Virus record (IMG/VR): IMGVR_UViG_3300033991_000123
Location: 4,506 to 68,505 of that record
Reading direction: 5' to 3' (one strand)
DNA length: 64,000 nt
Origin: a virus
This document shows, one piece after another, positions 1 through 8,458 of the stretch; position 1 is the first letter of the stretch, and each line of letters starts with the position of its first letter. The notes beneath the pieces were generated by a model. The model saw only the letters and a list, made by a program, of their open reading frames with translations. It was not told the origin of the DNA and made no database searches. A program made the translations under genes and the position numbers.

Positions 1-362
1 CACTTTACCTATGCCGTACAATCGCAACTACACGTTATCTAGACGATACCGTACCTTACCAAAACTTCACTCAACCCAACCCCACTCCTCTATGCAAATA
101 CCGAACTTAACTGCACCGTACCTTACCATTACTTAACGTCACCGTACAATACCATACCTTTACTGGTCCAGACCATACAATACCCTGCCCAACCGCCACA
201 TATCATTACTTCACTATACCACTACATTATCTCGCCTAAATACACCTTTACTAAACTGCACGTCCCCATGCCTCCACAACACGTAACATTACTACGCCCT
301 AACATTACCATGCCTTGCCAAGACCTTACGGTACCTAACTATACTTTTACTCAACCTTACAG
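1..362 (-). repeat. Non-coding array of degenerate 5-nt units (minus strand NGY-NN, predominantly GGT/GGC/AGT + variable dinucleotide); candidate guide-RNA array; truncated at window start
   Basis: Plus strand parses as acc/act/gcc/aca/acg triplets separated by 2 nt (occasionally 3 nt), e.g. acc-gt-acc-tt-acc-aaa-act-tc-act-ca-acc-ca-acc; strong C/A skew; no credible ORF. Confidence 0.85.
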
Positions 363-367
363 AAATA

Positions 368-395
368 AGGTACCATTTATAGAGAAATGGTACCT
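368..395 (-). other. Perfect 11-bp hairpin between RAMP stop codon and array (processing/leader element or terminator-like)
   Basis: AGGTACCATTT (368-378) - ATAGAG loop - AAATGGTACCT (385-395). Confidence 0.75.
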
Positions 396-410
396 CGGCA
401 GAACCGCTAT

Positions 411-1055
411 TCAATCTAGCTTATATTTGAATCTTCCAAATCCTCCGTTCCGCCACTGTAAAAAACCTCCGTCTTCCGCGTAATTGAGCCATTCTACGAC
501 CAGATCGTGCAGAGAGTCTTCTAGGGGTCTTTTCAACGGTCCTCGAACCTCAAAGTCGAATGTTGATCCTGCCGGGATCATTTCAGAATTAGCGATACTC
601 ACCCGTTCGCCCTGCGCGGTTTGTCCCCGCAACGGTCGCGATAGGTGACCGATTTTTTCGCCCTTTGGCAGATGTATTATAATCTGCCGGGGGAAAACGA
701 AAATCGTTCGATCGACGGTTTTTTGTATCCCCGCCTTTGACACCTTCTCTTTGGTATTCAAAAATGCCTTTCTGCTCAACGTCCCCTCGAGCATGGCGCA
801 GGCCGCAGCCGCGCCCTTAAAATGCCCCCGAATCTGGTAATCCCAGATGATCGGTTGACCTTTTTCGTTTCTGGGGAAAACGGTCATCGTTTTTTCGATT
901 ACCTTTTCCGCTCCAATCGCCGCTACCTCCTCCTCGAGGCTCTGCGCATCGGGAGCTTTAGAAGCGATAAACTCCCGATGTATGTCGGGGCTGCCTGACG
1001 CGGAACCTAAAAGAGGTTCAATCAGCGTTGCCTGAACAAACATTCCCTTTTTCAT
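411..1055 (-). CDS. Stand-alone Cas7/RAMP-superfamily RNA-binding protein (214 aa)
   Basis: RAMP-like motifs in order: FVQATLIEPLLGS, GQPIIWDYQIRGHFKGAA, EMIPAGSTFDFEV, C-terminal Gly loop GGFLQWRNGGFGRF; ATG at 1055 preceded by GAAGGAG SD. Confidence 0.75.
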   Translation of the reverse strand: MKKGMFVQATLIEPLLGSASGSPDIHREFIASKAPDAQSLEEEVAAIGAEKVIEKTMTVFPRNEKGQPIIWDYQIRGHFKGAAAACAMLEGTLSRKAFLNTKEKVSKAGIQKTVDRTIFVFPRQIIIHLPKGEKIGHLSRPLRGQTAQGERVSIANSEMIPAGSTFDFEVRGPLKRPLEDSLHDLVVEWLNYAEDGGFLQWRNGGFGRFKYKLD

Positions 1056-1098
1056 GCAAACTCCTTCTGTAGGTGAGAGGAAATTAGAGTGAAGGGCT

Positions 1099-1172
1099 GG
1101 CAGTACCGTACCGGTTTCCCCGGTCCCCCACCCTGGCCGGTTACGTCCGGGTGTGTGGGTGCTCCCGCTGCC
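1099..1172 (-). ncRNA. Putative structured 5' leader (multi-stem junction) upstream of RAMP gene
   Basis: Minus strand pairs GGCAG/CTGCC, CCCAC/GTGGG enclosing CCGG-ACGTAA-CCGG, and ACCGG-GGAAA-CCGGT; GC-rich intergenic island. Confidence 0.45.
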
Positions 1173-1195
1173 CCTTGACACTCTAAATATTTTTG

Positions 1196-1582
1196 CTATT
1201 CAATTTCTTTCCTTTTATGAAAGCAACAACGAGGATCGTTGCAAGAGCAATTTATGTCGGCGATTATCTTTTCAATTTCCTTTGGATCGGTAGTCTCAGC
1301 GCCGACCGGCTCGTCCGGCCCCGGTAGATCGCATTCCTCGAGGTCGATCGGCGATATACCGAAAACCTTTCGGGGGAATTTAATTTGATTGTATTCCCCC
1401 GTGACGGCAACGGTCACCGTTCCATCCTCATTATAGGAATATATTATAACCCGATGTCCGGTTGTTTTTAGGAGATACAGCCTATCCGGAGGTAATAGTT
1501 TACCCAAATAGCGTATTATCTGCGGACGAGTTGATAGCCAATTTTCAAAATCCTGTGTGTCGATATCTCTAATTTTTGCCAT
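1196..1582 (-). CDS. Hypothetical phage protein
   Basis: 128-aa ORF with SD (GAGG), co-oriented in operon. Confidence 0.7.
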   Translation of the reverse strand: MAKIRDIDTQDFENWLSTRPQIIRYLGKLLPPDRLYLLKTTGHRVIIYSYNEDGTVTVAVTGEYNQIKFPRKVFGISPIDLEECDLPGPDEPVGAETTDPKEIEKIIADINCSCNDPRCCFHKRKEIE

Positions 1583-1593
1583 TGAATTCCTCG

Positions 1594-2343
1594 CTAGTGT
1601 ATGTGTGCCTTTTCGATCGATGATAAATTATCTTCCAAACCACACGCATTGCAGCGCATGGAACAAATGGATTGAGTTAATTCCTCGTCGGAGGACTCGA
1701 CCGTGCCTATTTTATGGCAAAATCGGGACTCTCCCGCCAAAACGTTTCCATGAGCATCAATGGAGGGGGTGCAGAAATAACCCTTTTTCCGCAAAAACGC
1801 CAATGTCGCCGTAAATGACCGCAACGAGTTGCAAATAGATCGTAAATTAAAGCAAAACGGTGACCGGCGAGACGCCGGAAGACGATTGTTTTTTGCCCGT
1901 CCTATCGGCGCAATCGTTGAAATGGTATTACAATATTGTATTTGCGGATGTATTATTTCCGCAATTTTTTTTGAATAATACCGATGATCGGCTGAAACCT
2001 GAATTACGATCGCTTGCTTTTTAGCAATTTTCAGCAGCGGGTGTTTTTGCTCTTTTAAAAACATTCCGTTCGAACAAATGGTAACAAACCAATCGCTCAA
2101 CAGGTTTAGAAAATCATATAGCTGCGGATGCTCCGTTGGTTCCCCTCCGCTCAATAGTATCGTGCGCGATAGGGGATATTTGTTCATGCGTTCGATAAAT
2201 TTAATCGTTTGCCTGAAAACCTCCATGTCCATGTGCTCACCGCGTGGCATCGCATCCTCCATGCAGTGCGGGCAACCCATGGTGCATTGCGTTGTCACTT
2301 TAACCAGCATCGGATTCACTATCCTTTTCATCGGGCAATTCAA
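1594..2343 (-). CDS. Radical SAM protein
   Basis: CxxxCxxC (CTMGCPHC), LSGGEPT, CSNG motifs, Cys-rich C-terminus; start may be 2331. Confidence 0.85.
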   Translation of the reverse strand: MNCPMKRIVNPMLVKVTTQCTMGCPHCMEDAMPRGEHMDMEVFRQTIKFIERMNKYPLSRTILLSGGEPTEHPQLYDFLNLLSDWFVTICSNGMFLKEQKHPLLKIAKKQAIVIQVSADHRYYSKKIAEIIHPQIQYCNTISTIAPIGRAKNNRLPASRRSPFCFNLRSICNSLRSFTATLAFLRKKGYFCTPSIDAHGNVLAGESRFCHKIGTVESSDEELTQSICSMRCNACGLEDNLSSIEKAHIH

Positions 2344-2656
2344 TCGTTTCGCAGGGAATATCCACTACAATTAGCTTGGGTTCCCCACCTCCCCACCGCT
2401 CGGCAATTGGATTTTCGGTTTCAGTCCATAGGTTTCGTTCTTTTAGTTCGGTCATCCATACTGAAACCGGCGGTCCTTCCGGAAACCAATTCTGGTCCAC
2501 GCCCAAGAAAACCGTGGAGACAACGATTTTCCTGATTTTAGTTTTTGCAACATGAATTTTGTTTTTTGCCCGAAAGTTGACCCACTCGAGAGGGTCATCG
2601 ACCGGCGTCGGATTATGGTTGGCGTCAAGAATGTAGAAAAGCGGCCTCATGGTCAT
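2300..2656 (-). CDS. Hypothetical phage protein
   Basis: ORF with VSTVFLGVD motif of a kind seen in phage proteins; ATGA overlap with upstream gene. Confidence 0.55.
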   Translation of the reverse strand: MTMRPLFYILDANHNPTPVDDPLEWVNFRAKNKIHVAKTKIRKIVVSTVFLGVDQNWFPEGPPVSVWMTELKERNLWTETENPIAERWGGGEPKLIVVDIPCETIELPDEKDSESDAG

Positions 2657-2952
2657 GACTTACTTACCTGTAGCACCGCTCCGTTGATTCGCATTGATTT
2701 GTGAGAGTTTGCCAAAATTTCACAATCGTGCCAAAATATTTTACATCTGGCATTATAATACTCAGTTTCCCTTTCTAGCTCGATCCGTTTTGCACATATC
2801 GCATCCGCCATGCGCGTTAAATTTGCGTGTTCTTCCGCCAGGGGTTTCGGCAAAATACAAAAATTTTCGTACTCCGTCGCCTCCTTCGCCTCCTCTGTTT
2901 TCTTGACTATTTCACTAGCAAGAAAATGGAGTATTTCATCTAGGTTTTCCAT
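2653..2952 (-). CDS. Hypothetical coiled-coil protein
   Basis: ATG at 2952 with GAGGGG SD. Confidence 0.65.
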   Translation of the reverse strand: MENLDEILHFLASEIVKKTEEAKEATEYENFCILPKPLAEEHANLTRMADAICAKRIELERETEYYNARCKIFWHDCEILANSHKSMRINGAVLQVSKS

Positions 2953-2972
2953 TTTGCCCCTCTTTGAGTATT

Positions 2973-3038
2973 TGGGCGCGGTAGGGATAAGCACGCTGTG
3001 CGTGCTAGCGGCCCTTTCGGGTGCGCAAACCGCGCCCA
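2973..3038 (-). ncRNA. Putative three-way-junction RNA in 5' leader of leftward operon
   Basis: 10-bp outer stem TGGGCGCGGT/ACCGCGCCCA, ACCC-GAAA-GGGC tetraloop hairpin, 7-bp AGCACGC/GCGTGCT hairpin. Confidence 0.55.
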
Positions 3039-3093
3039 TAGATGGATAGTATTCATAGTAGGAGGCTCCTTCGGCCTTTTCTCAATAAATAAT

Positions 3094-3122
3094 AAAATAC
3101 CATCAAAAAATAAATAATTCAA
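3094..3122 (-). promoter_or_regulatory. Sigma70-like promoter for leftward (RAMP) operon
   Basis: TTGAAT-17 bp-TATTTT with extended -10 TG. Confidence 0.5.
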
Positions 3123-3139
3123 GATAAAAAAAATAGGTA

Positions 3140-3168
3140 TTGACTATTATTTCAAATTAAATTATTAT
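3140..3168 (+). promoter_or_regulatory. Sigma70-like promoter for virion operon
   Basis: TTGACT-17 bp-TATTAT in AT-rich divergent intergenic region. Confidence 0.55.
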
Positions 3169-3171
3169 TAA

Positions 3172-3202
3172 TGTGGATAACTTGTGAATAACTTGTGGAT
3201 AA
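3172..3202 (-). promoter_or_regulatory. Three tandem DnaA boxes (11-bp period)
   Basis: TGTGGATAA (3172-3180), TGTGAATAA (3183-3191), TGTGGATAA (3194-3202) = reverse complement of TTATNCACA. Confidence 0.65.
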
Positions 3203-3473
3203 CCATCATTTAACCTATCGCTGCAAAAATGGTGCCTCTCATCTAAAAGAGGGGACGCAGGTGGATGGAAATATTGTGGCGTTCATAGGGAAAAACACGA
3301 TCGTCGTGCGGTGCGGCGATCGAAAATGTCGAGCGTGGAATGTTCTAAAATTCCAATTACCCGGCATCGATCTCGATCTGCGGCAGGCAGGGGTAACGCA
3401 AACGGTAATTGCTGATCCAAATATTGTATTCAAAAGCGCTCGGGCACCCGTGATTATCGACGAGGGGCAATAA
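3195..3473 (+). CDS. Small Cys-containing (possible Zn-ribbon) protein
   Basis: YRCKN and VRCGDRKCRAW; TAATG coupling to portal. Confidence 0.6.
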   Translation: MDNHHLTYRCKNGASHLKEGTQVDGNIVAFIGKNTIVVRCGDRKCRAWNVLKFQLPGIDLDLRQAGVTQTVIADPNIVFKSARAPVIIDEGQ

Positions 3474-5509
3474 TGGCTGATATGACGGAATCGGCCCGGA
3501 TAATTTCCGATTTTGAGGCTGCTGTTAAGGCGCATCAGGCCGATTTGACGCGGGCGTGGGAGGTTTGGGAGGCTTATTTCGCGGTATCCGGTGGTCAGTG
3601 GGAGAAATCGAAACGGGAGGATTTGCGGCAACAGGCCCGGCATCCCTGGCAATTCGACGTTCTCGGGCCGAAATTGGATACCCTGGCCGGTAGTCTATCT
3701 GCGGAACTCCCCGATTTTGATTGGTTGCCGGTCGAAGGTAATATCACCCAACCGATCGAGGCATGTCGCGAGCGGTATTACGGCGATAAGGAATTATTTA
3801 ATTACGATGACGTTTTGCTTCGAACGATCCGCGACGGCTGCGTACATAGCGGCTGGGTGCAACTAAGAGAATCGCAGCGATATCAAAAAACCGGAAATAT
3901 TGCGTTGGAGGTATGTCGTCCAGGCTATATTATCGCCGATCCGTATTGGGTGACGGACGATGATCGTAATCTAGAATGCCTATATAAGGTATACTATTTC
4001 CTTCCCGAACAAATCGCCTTACGATACCCAAAAAAATCAGAAGAAATCCGTCGCGCGATTCGCGATCGGAAGCAACACGGGCAACAATATAATTCGAATA
4101 TCAATACCGAATCCCGCGACGAACAGCAGCGAATGTATAAATCCGATGTTGGCGATCAATATCGGGTAATTGAAAAATTTTATACGAAAGAAACTGTTAG
4201 TGAACGGTTAATCGGCATGAAGGCGGATTTTGCAACCGGCCAAATGTCGGCAATCCCCTTTCCGGTTACGAAGGATCGGGCATTTCTTCAAAATTTTGCG
4301 CAAATAAACGGGATCGGATGGGATGACGTTTCGGTTGATGAGTATCGGGAAAAACGGCAGTATGTAAAAACAGTGACCGATTTAGACGACGAAGTTTTAC
4401 TGGAGGACGGCGAAACCCGCGAACAGGTGAATGGCCTTTCCTTCTTCCATTTTACATGCCAGCGTTTTTCCGGGCATGATAAAGGCATTGCAGAATCGAT
4501 TTTGGATTGCCAGCGGGTAATTAATGAAAAAGAATCGTATTTGCTCGAGTATATCGCCAAGGCGGGCGGCGGCAGTGAAATTTGGAACGAGGATTTATTT
4601 AAAAACCGTGATGCACGGGAACGATTCGTAAAAAACAAAAACAAATTTGGACATGTCGAGTTCGCCGATGTGGATGGAGTGCGGACCCCTCGAATCGCGG
4701 TGGAACCGGCTAATGTTCCGAGTGCTGTTTTTTCGGAAATTGCTCGAATGTACAACGAGACGCTGCCACTGGTGAGTCGCGTGTCCGATGCCATGAGTTC
4801 GATTAGTCAGAGTGAGGATAGTGGTGTTTTGTATGAACGCAAATACCAGATGAACCGCATTGCAAATGTGATGTATGATAAATTTGTCAAGCAACTGGTA
4901 AACAATATTGCTGAAGCCTATTATTATCAATTCCAAATTACCTACGGCGATGTGCAGCAGGATGTAAAAACTCGATTTGGCGGATCGATTACTATTAATA
5001 AGAAAGAAATGGTAGCGGGGTCAAAGGTTATTGTTAATGATGTTTCTTCATTGCCACGAGCGAAAGTGGTTGTTTCTGAGGCCAAATCCTCCCCTATTTA
5101 TATGTTGCGTAAAAAAATGGAGATGATTGAGATTATTAAAGCGGTTCCTCCAAACGACACGTTGCGCCTACAGGCGGCGCTAAAAATGTATTTCGAGAAT
5201 ATTCAAATGGCGGATGAAACACGGGCTGAAATGGAAATGGTTAATCAGCTCGAGATGCAAAAGGCCATGCTGCAACACATGACCGAGATAAGCGGGCTGC
5301 AAACACAAATTAAAAATAATCAGGTGCAGAGCACGCAAATGGATGCCATGCTAGCGCAAATGCAGATGCAAATGCAGGGACAGGGGCAGGGGCAGATGCA
5401 GGGGCAACCGGTATCCGCGCCCCAGGTCGAACAGCCGCAAATCGAGCAATTGCAACAGCCCGAGTTTGCGCAGCCCGAGCAATCGCGCATGGAAATGGCA
5501 ATGCAATGA
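3473..5509 (+). CDS. Portal protein (P22-like)
   Basis: 678 aa; GGQW...R motif, RDGCVHSGW, GIAESILDCQRVINEKES, Gln-rich C-terminal barrel; first large gene of head module. Confidence 0.8.
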   Translation: MADMTESARIISDFEAAVKAHQADLTRAWEVWEAYFAVSGGQWEKSKREDLRQQARHPWQFDVLGPKLDTLAGSLSAELPDFDWLPVEGNITQPIEACRERYYGDKELFNYDDVLLRTIRDGCVHSGWVQLRESQRYQKTGNIALEVCRPGYIIADPYWVTDDDRNLECLYKVYYFLPEQIALRYPKKSEEIRRAIRDRKQHGQQYNSNINTESRDEQQRMYKSDVGDQYRVIEKFYTKETVSERLIGMKADFATGQMSAIPFPVTKDRAFLQNFAQINGIGWDDVSVDEYREKRQYVKTVTDLDDEVLLEDGETREQVNGLSFFHFTCQRFSGHDKGIAESILDCQRVINEKESYLLEYIAKAGGGSEIWNEDLFKNRDARERFVKNKNKFGHVEFADVDGVRTPRIAVEPANVPSAVFSEIARMYNETLPLVSRVSDAMSSISQSEDSGVLYERKYQMNRIANVMYDKFVKQLVNNIAEAYYYQFQITYGDVQQDVKTRFGGSITINKKEMVAGSKVIVNDVSSLPRAKVVVSEAKSSPIYMLRKKMEMIEIIKAVPPNDTLRLQAALKMYFENIQMADETRAEMEMVNQLEMQKAMLQHMTEISGLQTQIKNNQVQSTQMDAMLAQMQMQMQGQGQGQMQGQPVSAPQVEQPQIEQLQQPEFAQPEQSRMEMAMQ

Positions 5510-5585
5510 TAATTTTTTTTTCATACCTATTCACTCGCCGAGGCGGAAGTAAACCCCCGCAGAGCGGTAACTATCGGAGTACGTA

Positions 5586-7088
5586 ATGGCTGAAGAGCTA
5601 CGGTACGAATCAGAAACGGCGAAAGCCGATGCGATTTCTAAATTTGACGAGTCAGCGGGCAATCCCGGCGATCTCGATCGAATCATGAATGCGCCAGTTG
5701 GTCCGGCGGTTTCCGCCGAGGCGGACATAACACCCCCGCAAAGCGGAACCGAAGGGAAACCGACCGGTGAGGCGGACGTAAAATCCCCGCAAACCGGCGT
5801 GATTACCGATCCGGAATCATGGGCGAAAGGGAAGGGATACGCTTCATTTGCCGAAGCGCGGAAAGCGTTTGATGAAAAGGAGGCGTTATTAAAACGTCAA
5901 CAACAGTTCATCCAGGACAAAATCAGCGCTCCGCCGCCAACGCAATCGGTAGATTACGAAAAACTACTACGGCGCAATCAGGAGTTGGAGCAATTAATTG
6001 CCGCTCAGAAACCGCCGCAAGGTGCCCCTCCCGGCCAAACAGCGCAAAAGCAAATACAGGTTACGGAAAATAAAATCGGAACGATTAAACAGGCGCTTGC
6101 CGCTAATTTGCAAAAAAAACGGGCATTGATCGCCCAGGTTCGCGAAGACCCGTCGCTACAATTAGACCCTGCGTTCATGGGTAAAAACAATGAGGTCGAG
6201 GAAGAAAAATTCAACCTCGATATGCAACTAGTTGAAGAGATGGGTTCGCTCCGTGAGTTGTACGACCAAAACTCAAAACAACTGACGGAATATAAAGAAC
6301 GGGGCGAAAAGGTCGTAGAAAATGAGCGGCGCAAGCAGCTTTATGAAGCCGAAATGGACGAAATAGATAGTTTCGTCGGCAATAAAGCGCATCCGGAATT
6401 TGCCTTTTCCGAAGGCAAGGATTCTCGAACGGTGGAGGTTGAATACGTGGCGTGGGCGAATAAGGTCGCTAGCGCGCTGTACGGCTCTGCCGTTAATATG
6501 GTTCGATCCGAAAAGGACCGCGAAGCGGTTGCGTATGCGCTAGATAAACTGAGTCAAAAAGACCCGGAAATAATTAACGCCTGCACCGCTGCCGGAATAC
6601 CGGTTGAACCGACCGAGGATATCCGGAAATACCTTGATGTATGTGAACTTTTGGATCATCGGGATGGTGTCAAGAAAAATCCCATAACAGGCGTGAAAGA
6701 GCAACAGTACCGCGTCACGCGAAACCAGCAAACCGGCCAATTTGAAAAAACGCCGGTACGATTTCCATCCATTGAGGATGCGTATGTGCATAGGCTTGCC
6801 GTTGACGGTGAATATAATAAACGGATCAAGGATGCCTATACGCGAGGCGGTAAGGATATGTTGGTCGCGTCTCAAAAACGCACGCAAGCCCCGGTTACGC
6901 TTGATAACGCCGGTGGGGCGAGCGGGGTAGATGTCGGTCTTGCACTGTCGCCGCAACAGGCCATAGAGACGTTATCGAAAATAGACGAGAGCGAGGCGTT
7001 CCGGCGCAAATTGGCCGGTGATCCGAGTTTGTGGAATCAATACGAAAAGGCGATGGAAGTCGTGAATGCCGGAGCGCGGGCAACGTAG
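5586..7088 (+). CDS. Putative capsid scaffolding protein
   Basis: Acidic coiled-coil protein between portal and capsid. Confidence 0.55.
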   Translation: MAEELRYESETAKADAISKFDESAGNPGDLDRIMNAPVGPAVSAEADITPPQSGTEGKPTGEADVKSPQTGVITDPESWAKGKGYASFAEARKAFDEKEALLKRQQQFIQDKISAPPPTQSVDYEKLLRRNQELEQLIAAQKPPQGAPPGQTAQKQIQVTENKIGTIKQALAANLQKKRALIAQVREDPSLQLDPAFMGKNNEVEEEKFNLDMQLVEEMGSLRELYDQNSKQLTEYKERGEKVVENERRKQLYEAEMDEIDSFVGNKAHPEFAFSEGKDSRTVEVEYVAWANKVASALYGSAVNMVRSEKDREAVAYALDKLSQKDPEIINACTAAGIPVEPTEDIRKYLDVCELLDHRDGVKKNPITGVKEQQYRVTRNQQTGQFEKTPVRFPSIEDAYVHRLAVDGEYNKRIKDAYTRGGKDMLVASQKRTQAPVTLDNAGGASGVDVGLALSPQQAIETLSKIDESEAFRRKLAGDPSLWNQYEKAMEVVNAGARAT

Positions 7089-7156
7089 TACGGAAATGCA
7101 CAATGGATGCTAAAGGAAACAATTAGAATATAAATTACCTTTAGCAAGGAGTTTTT

Positions 7157-8410
7157 ATGGGTATCGGTGTACTTGCTCCAACTGCATTGGATGCGAATAG
7201 TTTACGAGTAGGTTTTGACAAATCGTTGCGGATGAAGTCGGTTCCGGAGGATATTTATACCGCCCTGTCGGGGCTGTATAAGGCGCAGAGCGAAAGCCGG
7301 AGCATTCCAAACGCCATTTACATGACCATCGAAGCCGAAGCGCTTGCGGGGTCGAATAGCGCGGTCGTGACAATGAAGAAGCCGCTTACGGGTGCCGGAG
7401 TTTTCGGCAACGCGGTCGCGATCGGAAACGAAGAGCGCCCGATTACGAAATCACTGCGGATGTATCGGAATAACTGCCGGAAAGTGATCACGACTCCGGG
7501 ATACGGTATTCGCAAACTCGACGCGGACTACCTGAAATTGTATCCGCAGCATATCGAGGATTTGTCCGTCTGGAACAAAGAAGAAGAGGGTTTGGAAATC
7601 CGCATGGCGTTTTTGCAGACATGGGGTTATTCCCTTACGTTTGGCGACACCGCCGCGATCTGCGCGCAAAACTGGAATCCGAATATTTTCGTGTGCGGTC
7701 TTCCGATGCGGTCATGCAGCCCCGTTTATTCGGCCAACGTCGCGACGTACACGACAAACATCGTGAATACGGTCATTGCGGCGGGCGGCGGCTCGATCCT
7801 TCCCACGATCGGGCAAACGCTGAATCAGCCGAACCTGTCGAACCTGTCGAATTTCGCCCTCGAGCGGCGGATTGAACCGCTCAATATCGCGGGCCTTCCG
7901 GGCGGCAAGGGATTCGTCGTTACGATTTCGGAGCGTCAGGCCGCGTATATTAGCGATCCCGCGTGGTCGCAGCGCAACCCCGGATCACTGATCCGCCGGG
8001 ATCAACTGCCCGAAAAAACCGCCAACTGGCCGGGCGTAATCGGGTCGTACAAAGACCTGTTGCTCGTTATCGACGTGCGGCAGCCGACACTAGTGCCGAC
8101 CGGTTCCAGTGCTCCGTTCGGCCTGTCCGCCGGATATTTGTGGCCGGGCGATATCGATCAGCGGTACCGGGACGACCGGGACGTTTGCGATACGTTTTAT
8201 CTCCACGGCAAAAACTCGGTATGCAAGTGGGAACCGGAAAAACTGCATCACATCACGCAGGCCGACGATTACGATAATGTAATCGGACATGGCACGGCGA
8301 GAGTGTGGGGTCACAGGATTCCCATTTACGATCAGGCGGTCCCGAACATGGGATCGTATGAGTATTGGGGTGGAGTCCTGGGTATTTGCAGACTGCCGGA
8401 CTACGTATAA
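7157..8410 (+). CDS. Major capsid protein (N4-gp56/DUF4043-like)
   Basis: 417 aa, strong SD (AGGAG), biased codon usage, LTGAGVFGNAVAIGNEE motif, followed by terminator. Confidence 0.7.
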   Translation: MGIGVLAPTALDANSLRVGFDKSLRMKSVPEDIYTALSGLYKAQSESRSIPNAIYMTIEAEALAGSNSAVVTMKKPLTGAGVFGNAVAIGNEERPITKSLRMYRNNCRKVITTPGYGIRKLDADYLKLYPQHIEDLSVWNKEEEGLEIRMAFLQTWGYSLTFGDTAAICAQNWNPNIFVCGLPMRSCSPVYSANVATYTTNIVNTVIAAGGGSILPTIGQTLNQPNLSNLSNFALERRIEPLNIAGLPGGKGFVVTISERQAAYISDPAWSQRNPGSLIRRDQLPEKTANWPGVIGSYKDLLLVIDVRQPTLVPTGSSAPFGLSAGYLWPGDIDQRYRDDRDVCDTFYLHGKNSVCKWEPEKLHHITQADDYDNVIGHGTARVWGHRIPIYDQAVPNMGSYEYWGGVLGICRLPDYV

Positions 8411-8428
8411 TCTAAAGTTGTTTTTCAG

Positions 8429-8458
8429 GCTGGTGACTTGTATGGTCACCAGCTTTTT
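8429..8458 (+). terminator. Rho-independent terminator
   Basis: GCTGGTGAC-7 nt-GTCACCAGC followed by TTTTT. Confidence 0.8.

Noticed and set aside
1-362. Canonical CRISPR array or simple microsatellite
   Set aside because: There are no 25-45 bp direct repeats with unique spacers, and the units vary at fixed positions instead of being identical.
268-483. 71-aa plus-strand ORF over the pentamer array
   Set aside because: Low-complexity translation of the repeat, no RBS, antisense to the RAMP gene; likely spurious.
1056-1181. N-terminal 42 aa of the 256-aa ORF call
   Set aside because: ATG 1055 has a clear SD and starts the RAMP-like sequence; the upstream part looks like a structured leader.
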